DNA of 63,031 bases, counting the filler, from Phoronis australis (lineage: Eukaryota > Animalia > Phoronida): NCBI GenBank assembly GCA_002633005.1. It is 6 parts of 6 records of this genome, joined end to end, with 100 filler letters (N's around TTAATTAATTAA, not from the genome) between each part and the next. Parts side by side here need not be neighbours in the genome. Positions count along the whole stretch, not along the records: positions 1 to 2,318 come from NMRA01000512.1; positions 2,419 to 5,494 come from NMRA01003242.1; positions 5,595 to 31,621 come from NMRA01000205.1; 3 more parts are not named here. One strand, 5' to 3'. Below are positions 1 to 10,104 of the stretch, in pieces; the first letter of the stretch is position 1, and each line of letters begins with the position of its first letter. The translations under genes were made by a program, and so were the position numbers. Below the pieces are notes generated by a model. That model searched no databases. It was not told the origin of the DNA and was given only the letters and a program-made list of their open reading frames with translations.

Positions 1-21
1 CACACACACACACACACACAC
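1..21. repeat. (CA)n microsatellite at window edge
   Basis: Direct reading. Confidence 0.95.
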
Positions 22-1349
22 TTAGCTAATGTATGAGTATTTTTTCGAAAGTTACGATAGCACACCTCTTTTTGCAGCCTGAATCTCTTCTCTTAGACCA
101 AAGGTAATTTCTTACCGTAAAATACAGTAACATGATTTTGACATCCACAATGTCTAAAAACTCTTGGCATGTAGTATGATAAGTTGTCGAAAGTGGTTCT
201 ACAATTGGAACTGAAAGAAGTTATAAGCCAAACTAATCCCAACATCTCACCCAGTGCTGTAGTGGTAAAATTAGAGGTACTTGTAAGTAGGTCATTATTG
301 CCCACCGTATCACCATGAGCATTTTAAAAGTGCACTGAATTTGCAACCTACGGTGCGTAGGCACTACGTTTAAATGCCAAAATGTGGTTGACTGCGCGTA
401 CGTGCGCCTTCGCCCCACTACAGCACTGATCTTCCCAGGGCCACATGTCGGTAGTTATAAAGAATGTCCAGAGCCAGTGTCGGTTTTGTTGATTTATTTT
501 GCCTAGAAGTTGTTGATTGTATGTAGCCATATATGTACCTCAAGAGTTTCATTTGATGGACAATATCAACAAAATGGAAATGAAGCAATGGAATTTGGCT
601 TGATTTGATAACTACAACTGTCGATCAAAACTCGGTCAATTGAGCTGGCAAACTCTCACGGCTAGTCTCGTGGTCGCGAGGTCTAATAATAGAATGCATA
701 GGTCTTGTAGAAGAGTTGGCATTCCAGAAGAAAATTTGTTGTTAAAAACGAAGTTTTATAATACCGTTTGGGTTTGGTGAAACTGTTCTGTGCTTTTCAC
801 TGGTGAAAACTTATTAAATGTTGTTTTAATGACAACGGTCCTTTTATTTATTTCCTTGAGGATGGTAAACATTTGTGAAAAGTCGATACACCTCGGTAAA
901 TAAGAGAACAAGCCATGTGTTATTACTTCATTTTATAGAACCGTACTTTTCAGAACAACGAATTCGCTCTTTCACTTCATACTCTATTGCGTCAACAACA
1001 AACAAGTCTTACAAGGCAATCCAGTTATTTCAATGCCAGGACCCGAGTCTGCTTGCAATTTTTTTCTCAGATCACTCCGCGTGTTTGTTTAAATGTCGAA
1101 TTAGTGTACGAGTCAAGTCTTGCGTTTCGGATGCACGCCCGACCCAATGCTAGTCAACTCCCCTGTGATGCCAAAGCAGACAATACTTAGATATCACTAG
1201 AAAGATTATTGTCACGGTGTGACAATAATGGACTCTGCGCATGAGTTTTACTGGNAAGTGTTATGGGAAGTTATTGACAACAACCCGTTTACCAATATGA
1301 AAAAGAATTCTTTAAAACTGTAGGAGAATTAACGTATTGATGATTTGAT

Positions 1350-2028
1350 AAACTTTGCACTAATTGGCCCTTTCTGGAGCATTGTGAGCCGTGATGTGAG
1401 AATAAATGTTAATTCCATGAAAAGTGTGGTTAATGCTAAGAATCACAGATGTCTTACTTTAAGCACTTTAGAACACAAGATGAATGAATTGGTCGAAATT
1501 TCAGTAGATACATGTAAATGCTCCTAATGACCCCCATGGTTGCACCAAATGACCCGAAATTTTCGAATTCCAACTCAATCGTATTCAAAGTTAGTAAACA
1601 GATATGTAAATTTGAAGTGTCCAGCTCAAAATCTTAGTTTGTACTCAATGACCTTTGACCTACGGTTTCTCATTGGATGTTTTTATTGCTTAGTAAAGTA
1701 GGGTATTGGATTGGCTTGTGAGTTTACACCAGTGTGCTGAAATTAAAGAAAATTCTTTGAAAAATGTGGGAAAATTACATTTTGTACGTTAGATGGCTTT
1801 TGCACTAATTGACCCCTGGCAGTGCATTACAAGCCTCATTACGAGAATTATTGCAATCTCTGTGAAAAGTGTGTTTAATGCTGAGAATGACAGTATTCTA
1901 ACTGTTGACACATCATAATCGATGGTGAATGAAAAGGTGAAGTTTTCAGAAAACAATGCTCCTAATGAGCCCATGGTTACACCAAATGACCCGAAGCTTT
2001 AGAATAATTCAAACTCAATTGCATTTTC
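1350..2028. repeat. Two diverged copies (~445 bp apart) of a ~230 bp repeat segment
   Basis: tttgcactaattg...tgctcctaatga...cccatggtt...accaaatgacccgaa at ~1353-1585 and ~1798-2025. Confidence 0.7.
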
Positions 2029-2034
2029 TAACTC

Positions 2035-2261
2035 AAAATATCAGTGTGCTTTACCTTGTTGATAGACCACTTGGGATAACCACATTTAACTAACACATCT
2101 TCTACATGTATATGTTTTTCCTCTACAGTCCTGTCTTCCTCGTGTGTTATTATACTTCTAGAGCGTTCAAACAGAGTTCTAATAACTCCAGTCTTGTGGT
2201 GTAGAGGATGATGTGAGTTAAAGTGGAGATATTGATAGGTGTGGGTGGGTTTACGATTCAC
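2035..2261 (-). mobile_element. Penelope-like retroelement fragment (post-RT C-terminal region)
   Basis: NRKPTHTYQYLHFNSHHPLHHKTGVIRTLFERS...KCGYPKW matches the recalled RKPTHTxxYLxxxSHHPxxHK...GYP signature of Penelope/GIY-YIG RTs. Confidence 0.85.
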
Positions 2262-2263
2262 TA

Positions 2264-2318
2264 GCTGCGATGGACAGCCCAGTATTTCCTGTGGTTGCGA
2301 ACATTTATATGGAATTTC
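2264..2318 (+). mobile_element. Inverted fragment of the RT core of the same Penelope-like element
   Basis: Plus strand reads AAMDSPVFPVVANIYMEF (RT motif AMGSPxSPxxANIYME), then runs into the gap. Confidence 0.8.
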
Positions 2319-2418
2319 NNNNNNNNNNNNNNNNNNNNNNNNNNNNNNNNNNNNNNNNNNNNTTAATTAATTAANNNNNNNNNNNNNNNNNNNNNNNNNN
2401 NNNNNNNNNNNNNNNNNN
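2319..2418. other. Artificial contig linker (44N-TTAATTAATTAA-44N); same at 5495-5594, 31622-31721, 33695-33794, 61786-61885
   Basis: Identical 100-bp structure five times; TTAATTAATTAA gives stops in all six frames. Confidence 0.97.
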
Positions 2419-3167
2419 AATACATATACTTGGTCAATTTTGATGTAGTACTAAAAACTTGACAGCTTAACTTACAGCCGACTCTGTTAGGCCTCCAGTT
2501 ACTTGTTTAAGTCGCTTGGGAGATCAATAATTTCCTTCCTTGGATTAAGTGGCAGGTCTAACTACGTAGCAAAAGGCCACCAATTATTCCATACAGAATG
2601 AGCTATGATCAATACTCGTAGTGCTTATTTATATACTTTGGCCATAAGGCATGCTCAGTGCTGTTGACAACTTTGGAAAGATACATAAATGTAATAAAAT
2701 CATAGCCATTTACATGATACTATACTCTTCAATATTGCCTATGAAATGAGTGCCCACACAAACCTAACTTGGTTAATGGAATTATATATTACAAATTATA
2801 AACCAAGGACATACTGTGCAAGGCTGCTTTCAGAAGTTAGCTAAAACGAGGAATTTTGCAGAAAATTGTGTGACTATTTTTTCTACCAAATTCTCTTGTG
2901 AATACCGCAACATCTGTTGTTTCACTTTTGGCCTTAAAATGAACTGTAGGTACTGTTTTATAGCTCCTTATGCTAGGGTCAGTGTTACATTGTGAAAAAG
3001 GTTGAGTTATATATCTTGGTTAGTTTGATGACTGAGGCCTTCTGAATTTCTAACTATATGTTAGCACAATAGAGTATTATTTCAATAATTATTTCTTTGT
3101 ATCCAATTTTTCTGCATGGAAAAATGGATTATTGAGTCCATTGTAATTTTCCTCATTTTTGTTACAG

Positions 3168-3312
3168 CCAGGAGCACTGGTGGTGAAACTCAGAAACACT
3201 TCCTGTATAAATACTTGAAGGAACAGCTAATATGGCGGTCATTGAGATTCTGGAACGCTGCTTTCTTTGATGCTGTGCAGTGTGAGCGGTCAAGGAGACC
3301 AGTGTCCACAAA
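3168..3312 (+). CDS. KIAA0513: KIAA0513-like protein, internal exon
   Basis: ttacag acceptor, gtaaat donor; [47 protein letters not shown] resembles the recalled KIAA0513 motif [30 protein letters not shown]. Confidence 0.85.
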
Positions 3313-3337
3313 GTAAATGAATTAAGGGTCTTATGTA

Positions 3338-3558
3338 CGATAACATCTCACCAATTCAGGACACAAAATGACGAACTAGTAAAATTTCATTTCTTAATTT
3401 TGATTAAGAATAAATAATAATAAAGTTTATATCAGTTTTAACTTGTATATCATCACTAACATCGGAAACGATGCATTCACAACAATTTTAGGAATCTTTA
3501 AAAAACGAAAAAGCCAATTTTGGCAATTATTTTTATATCAAATTGGTGAGATTTTACG
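3338..3558. mobile_element. ~220 bp MITE with (a)tctcaccaattt / aaattggtgagattt terminal inverted repeats; relatives at ~16994-17201 and ~18494-18620
   Basis: Inverted termini in the first two copies; shared internal words; superfamily not established. Confidence 0.65.
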
Positions 3559-4331
3559 CCACCATCACTTCTCTCTTGGGGTTTGCCATTAAGTTGCATT
3601 GTCAATTTGTTACTTAACTACATGGTTTATTATGTGATTCATTCCAACTTGCTGATAACATGTTGATTTATTGTTCTCACATTAACTTAATATTGATAAG
3701 CGATTGTAATTTTGGCGAATGTGAGTCAGTTTTGACAATCATAGCACCATTGTTGATGGTTCAACTTAATTATTCTTTTTTCAAAGCTTAGAGTTGAAAA
3801 TATAACAATAACTAAATATTTTCTGTCAGCTAATACTCACCACTTATCTGAGGGCCATGTAATCAATGTTATAAAATAACTTGTGCACACTCGTGTCTTG
3901 GTGTCAGTCCATCACTAATAGGTGTCACCACTAAAGGTACCCCAGTTGTGTTCAGAGCCTGGGCAGAACTGTAACAATGTGGCACCGTACGGTTGAAATG
4001 GGGGATTTATTTTGCTGACGAGTGTTCATTACAAAAACTTTCCGTTTGGTTTCAACTCTAAATCAAAGCTAGTCCATTCAGTATTCACCATTCCCTCCAT
4101 AACATCTTGTAGGCCAATTATCTCCCATGGTTAAAGGACTTACTAAAGCCATGCATCAGTGGGTACCAGCGAAAAGCAACCTAACATTTGGTTTTTGGCT
4201 AACCTTGATCTCATTTTGCCATGTAAACCTGACCCAAACTTTTTACAAGGAATTGATTTTCAGAAGTCAAACAGCTCGGGAAAATTTGAAGCATTGGTGT
4301 TCTGCTGAAAAACAACTTTTACTGATTTAGG

Positions 4332-4673
4332 CCACTTACTGTATCATCGTACTCTACTGCTTACTGTATCAGCGTATTCTATCACTCACTGTATCATCGT
4401 TCTTTACCGTTCACTGTATCATTGTATCATCGTACTCTACCACTCACTGTATCATTGTATCATCATACTCTATCACTCACTGTATCATCGTACTCTGCCA
4501 CTCACTGTATCATCGTACTCTACCACTCACTGTATCATCGTACTCTACCAGTCACTGTATCATCGTACTCTACCACTCACTGTATCATCGCACTCTACCA
4601 CTCACTGTATCATCGTACTCTACCACCCACTGTATCATCGTACTCTACCACTCACTGTATCATTGCACTCTAC
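4332..4673. repeat. 25-bp minisatellite (cactcactgtatcatcgtactctac), ~13 copies
   Basis: Period read directly (4501, 4526, 4551). Confidence 0.95.
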
Positions 4674-5230
4674 TCAAATTAAAAATGACTGTCTTGCCAT
4701 CAAAAGAGTTGGCAGTATGTTTTTGCTTCAGATAATGCGTGTTAAGTTTGCTTTTCACTGTGGGTCTCTGACGCTGTATGGTATAGCATCACTAAGGAAG
4801 TGTTGTGCCTATAAATAAAGTTATTTTTGACCCCAAGCCATGATTTATAATGACTTTAATTACAGTTTGATATGTTTTCAATTTCTGTGCACGTTTCTAA
4901 GTATAGTGTTTTCTCACTTTCAAATGTCATAACTTAATTAAAAACTAATGTCTTGTAGATTTCTGTAATAAAAACAAAATGCATTCATCAAACTGTAGAG
5001 CACTGTTCTTCAAGCAATATGCTTAGCTTCAAATTATCTGAGCCATTAATCTTAATTGGCATGTGTTTCAAGTGAATATGATGAAAATGCAATTTTCCTT
5101 TATTAATGGAATTTTCTTATTATTGATTCTCTCTCTCTTTTAGGGAAATCACGTTTTATTATTTCATTTTGTTTCTATGACAACATTGTTAAGTTCAATT
5201 GCCATAATCAACCACTGATTGGTGTTTTAG

Positions 5231-5299
5231 CAAAGATGACAAATCAGAGAAAATTGATGACAGAAGATTCCAGGAGAATGTGGTCTTCGGACAACTTGG
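5231..5299 (+). CDS. KIAA0513: KIAA0513-like protein, next exon
   Basis: ttttag/gtgag sites; phase fits previous exon (aa+c); KDDKSEKIDDRRFQENVVFGQLG resembles the recalled RFNENITFGQLG motif. Confidence 0.85.
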
Positions 5300-6399
5300 G
5301 TGAGACGAATTTTAGTGTGAAGTTCTCAGTGATAAAATGTTATTTTCATCCTGTAAGGCTATTGTGCAGACTAAAATATAAGGTTTGTAGCACCTTATGT
5401 GTCATGTGGCCATGTATGACAAACAAAATGAAAACGGTTGCCAGGCAACACATCAGCTGTGCACTTGACCACCAATTTTCACACTGAGTTTACCNNNNNN
5501 NNNNNNNNNNNNNNNNNNNNNNNNNNNNNNNNNNNNNNTTAATTAATTAANNNNNNNNNNNNNNNNNNNNNNNNNNNNNNNNNNNNNNNNNNNNTCGTAT
5601 TATTATAACGTTTCTTACCATTACAGCGTTTTAATATCTTATTACCGCAAACACTGAGGTTAACGACTGTGCTCACGCACAAGCCTACTCCCATAATAAG
5701 CGCTCACTGAACTACATGTATTAAAAGTCTCCCCTTAAACTTTGAGAATTTCCAATTATGCGCCCACACTTCAAGCTAGCGCCCATCATAGCGCACTACA
5801 AACAACCGCGTGTGGTTTAAAATTGACACGCAGCTTATATGGTGTGTCACTTTCATTTTACACCGCAACTTGAGTTTTCAAAAACGTCTTTTCACAATAT
5901 GTAAAAACCAAATCCCAGCTTTGTTTTATACCTCGGAAAGAAAGTTAACACTAGTGACATGCGTGTCATTTTGTGACTGACCTATTTTTTCCGTACTTGG
6001 AAGGTATTGAAGAGCAAACTCGCTGTTACCCAAGTTAGTTTGAATCTTTAACGACTTTGAGGACAGCCAGTAGCAGGCCAGATCTGACAAAATCCCGGAT
6101 ACTTTTTCAACAGGCATTTTCTCCCTTTTCACATCGCAAATTTAGCTACTCGAATGCACAAGTCAGTTAGAGAGCACTGATTCAACTTTCACGTCGGCAA
6201 CTTTAATGCCTTGCGCTCTAGAGTCTTTCAATGGCGGTCGTGAAGAGCAGTAAGGCCGTACCTGCATGAATGAAGTCAATTTTGAGATCCGAAATTTGTG
6301 AGTATTTAACGCTGCAGGTNTAACACTGCAGGTAAGAGCATAATCTAAACATTTTCTCGATGATCTAAAAAATCTATTTTGGCGCGTAAAAATGGCTGG

Positions 6400-6511
6400 A
6401 AAATTTTGCGACCTGGCATTTACTAATGCGAGCTGGATTTTGAAAATGCGACCTGGTATTTTGGCTAGGTCGCAAAATGCGACCTGGCGATTTTAATAGC
6501 GTCGAGCCCTG
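6400..6511. mobile_element. DNA-transposon end with gcgacctgg subterminal repeats and taatagcgtcgagccctg terminus; same terminus at ~8827-8843
   Basis: Repeated subterminal motifs; ccctg (CAGGG on the other strand) end is hAT-like. Confidence 0.5.
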
Positions 6512-7124
6512 TTGCAGTGTGCATGTTGTTTCCATTAAATATAGAAGCCTCACTACTAATAACTAAGTTCAGAGTGACAGGATAAATTGATGTTTGTGAA
6601 CTCATAATTCTTTTTCATTCTTCCTTTGCCAATGAATACATTGCAATGTTTTCTTTTTTAGTGTTATTTTTATATTTTTATTGACTTGTGGGACGAGCAT
6701 AGGGACTCGTAAAACTTGAAAAGGATTCAAAATTTGTGAAGCTGCTAAGTTCCAAGCAATTCTAGCGCCAATCCTGATTCAGTCAAGCTGACCGTGAGCC
6801 TTGCTACAATGAGCATGCTATAGGATATTTATTTGACATCCAGTCCAGCTGACCAGAATCCAGAAATATTGAACCCAACTATGTTTGAAGACATGTTCAG
6901 CAGTTTTTAAAATATCCTGGACATAATTGATTTTTAAAAAGGTTTTGACACCAAACCACAACTAATTATCCTTCAATTTCCAGCAAATTATGACAGATGT
7001 TGTTCCATGCAATTTTGATGATATCATGGCAACTTACCTTGCAAGTACATTTAATATAACCAGTTGGACCCATCCTGCGTACTGGTCATGTGACCTATGT
7101 TGTAAGTGAAACATCTTATTGCAG

Positions 7125-7244
7125 CAAATGAGAAGATCTGGTAACAAGGAAGAGAACAAACGCATCATTATGGACCTGGATGTTGTTCTCAAGAGTCATG
7201 ATTGTCCCTACATTGTGCAGTGTTTAGGGGTCTACATAACTAGT
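7125..7244 (+). CDS. MAP2K7: Dual-specificity MAP kinase kinase 7 (MKK7/hemipterous), single internal exon
   Basis: ttgcag acceptor, gtaagt donor, 120 nt phase 0-0; QMRRSGNKEENKRIIMDLDVVLKSHDCPYIVQCLGVYITS is nearly identical to the recalled MKK7 sequence. Confidence 0.92.
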
Positions 7245-7487
7245 GTAAGTATTACCTGATTGTCCCTACATTGTGCAGTGTCTAGGGGTCTACATAACTA
7301 GTGTAAGTATTACATGATTGTCCCTACATTGTGCAGTGTCTAGGGGTCTACATAACTAGTGTAAGTATTACCTGATTATTCCTACATTGTGCAGTGTCTA
7401 GGGGTCTACATAACTAGTGTAAGTATTACCTGATTGTCCCTACATTGTGCAGTGTCTAGGGGTCTACATAACTAGTGTAAGTATTAC
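7199..7487. repeat. 58-bp tandem repeat made of the MKK7 exon 3' end plus its splice donor, 5 copies running into a 666-N gap
   Basis: Unit tgattgtccctacattgtgcagtgtctaggggtctacataactagtgtaagtattacc. Confidence 0.95.
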
Positions 7488-8153
7488 NNNNNNNNNNNNN
7501 NNNNNNNNNNNNNNNNNNNNNNNNNNNNNNNNNNNNNNNNNNNNNNNNNNNNNNNNNNNNNNNNNNNNNNNNNNNNNNNNNNNNNNNNNNNNNNNNNNNN
7601 NNNNNNNNNNNNNNNNNNNNNNNNNNNNNNNNNNNNNNNNNNNNNNNNNNNNNNNNNNNNNNNNNNNNNNNNNNNNNNNNNNNNNNNNNNNNNNNNNNNN
7701 NNNNNNNNNNNNNNNNNNNNNNNNNNNNNNNNNNNNNNNNNNNNNNNNNNNNNNNNNNNNNNNNNNNNNNNNNNNNNNNNNNNNNNNNNNNNNNNNNNNN
7801 NNNNNNNNNNNNNNNNNNNNNNNNNNNNNNNNNNNNNNNNNNNNNNNNNNNNNNNNNNNNNNNNNNNNNNNNNNNNNNNNNNNNNNNNNNNNNNNNNNNN
7901 NNNNNNNNNNNNNNNNNNNNNNNNNNNNNNNNNNNNNNNNNNNNNNNNNNNNNNNNNNNNNNNNNNNNNNNNNNNNNNNNNNNNNNNNNNNNNNNNNNNN
8001 NNNNNNNNNNNNNNNNNNNNNNNNNNNNNNNNNNNNNNNNNNNNNNNNNNNNNNNNNNNNNNNNNNNNNNNNNNNNNNNNNNNNNNNNNNNNNNNNNNNN
8101 NNNNNNNNNNNNNNNNNNNNNNNNNNNNNNNNNNNNNNNNNNNNNNNNNNNNN

Positions 8154-8745
8154 TGGTGTACGAGCCATAGGGTCTGTTTAATGCATTGAGTGGTGCTCGA
8201 GCTGTAGTGTCTGTTTGATACATTGAGTGGTGTTCGAACTGTAGCGTCTGTTTAATACATTGAGTGGTGTTCGAGCTGTAGTGTCTGTTTAATACATTGA
8301 ATGATGTTGGAGCTGTAGTGTTTGCTTAATACATTGAGTGGTGTTCGAGCTGCAGTGTCTGTTTAACACATTGAATGGTGTTCGAGCTGTAGCGTCTGCT
8401 TAATACATTGAGTGGTATAAGAGATGTAGTGTCTCTTTAATACATTGAGTGGTGTTCAAGCTCTAGTGTCTGTTTAATACATTGAGTGGTGTTCGTGCTG
8501 CAGTGTCTGTTTAATACATTGAGTGGTGTTCGAGCTGTAGTGTCTGTTAAATACATTGAGTGGTCTTCGTGCTGCAGTGTCTGTTTAATACATTGAATTG
8601 TGTTCGAGCTGTAGTGTCTGTTTAATACATTGAGTGGTCTTCGAGCTGTAGTGTCTGTTTAATACATTGAGTGGTGTTCGATCTGTAGCGTCTGTTTAAT
8701 ACATTGAGTGGTGTTCGAGCTGTAGTTTCTGTTTAAAACATTGAA
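8154..8745. repeat. 37-bp minisatellite (aatacattgagtggtgttcgagctgtagtgtctgttt), ~16 copies
   Basis: Period read directly (8221, 8258). Confidence 0.95.
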
Positions 8746-9810
8746 CGCATTTCAACGCTCTGCGTTGCTCTTGTTACTCATTTTAGTTAGGAACATGGAG
8801 ATTTGATCAGTGTATACACCTACCTTAATAGCGTCGAGCCCTGGAATGCCATTTTTTCCAACATTGTTAAATAATTTACTTCAATCAAGGAAGAGTGTAG
8901 TGTTTTTAATGACACTAATTTAGTGTCAGGATTTATTTGGTCCATTTTTACCCACATGCTCAAAGCTGCATCTATATTTACTGTACAGCTTTGCATGAAG
9001 GCTGGAAGTCTGGTTGCTATGTAGCATTCAAGTATAGATGACACTTTCATGAACTGAGTCCATTTCTGTTTTTATTGTACCATTCTGCATGTCTGTGCTA
9101 CAGCTTGTAATTTTTTATTCACATCGAGGTCAACCTCCATGACCTCATGATGCACTTCACTATAGTGATATGCCAGAGCTTAGTTGCGGAGCTTTATCCA
9201 AGATTTTGAGAATAGGGTGTCCAAAATGGGGTTCCCAATATTTCAGGGCGTCCGTGATTTCAACGACGCGTTTTCCTCACCCCCTACCTCCATTCACCAG
9301 TAACCCCCTCCCACTCACACTGAGGTTTATTGCAAAGAATACGTAGAACAACGCTTTTACTTCTAAGTTTGCAAAACAGCAAAAAAATGTGTGGATCAAG
9401 ACTTTTATGTCTGAATTTACGAAAACAGCCAAATAATTTACCAAACAGATATTACAGATATTGGTTGAATGATGAGTGCACTGTTTTTGGTGATCTCAAA
9501 TCAAACTGCTGTTATAAAGTTTATCAGATCATCTTAACTAGCATTATATTCTGTACAATGAGTCATCAAAGCTGCATTTACCAACACAAGAAGAATGCTG
9601 CCAGGGTTAGTTTTGAGTTGAGTGTTGATGGTCCAGGCTGAATGGTGCATTCTAGCTTGAAGTTTGCATCTAGGGACGTACTATTGTTCATAGTGGGTAA
9701 CATTCAAGTCAGTCCGAGCTTTTCCACATGTCTAAATCAGTGCAGATTAATTGAGATTATTGCTGTCCTCATTGGTAGACTGCTGGACTTAAACTTTTTT
9801 ATTTTATGGA

Positions 9811-10077
9811 AACTATTACTAACAGTTGTTACTGATATTTGTCGTGTAGCCATCTAACTATTACTAACAGTTGTTACTGATATTTGTTGTGTAGCCATCA
9901 AACTATTACTAACAGTTGTTACTGATATTTGTTGTGTAGCCATCAAACTATTAGTTGTTACTGATATTTATTGTGTAGCCATCAAACTATTAATAACAGT
10001 TGTTACTGATATTTGTTGTGTAGCCATCAAACTATTACTAACAGTTGTTACTGATATTTGTTGTGTAGCCATCAAAC
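9811..10077. repeat. 45-bp minisatellite, ~6 copies, just upstream of the first visible RBBP5 exon
   Basis: aactattactaacagttgttactgatatttgttgtgtagccatca. Confidence 0.93.
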
Positions 10078-10104
10078 TTTATTGCTGCATTTTATATTTT
10101 TCAG

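Noticed and set aside
2363-2374. Recurrent TTAATTAATTAA palindrome inside N runs (5 times)
   Set aside because: Always centred in 44N+44N; an artificial six-frame-stop linker, not biology
7447-8223. Long ORFs of X residues (also 47973-48533)
   Set aside because: Read-through of N gaps
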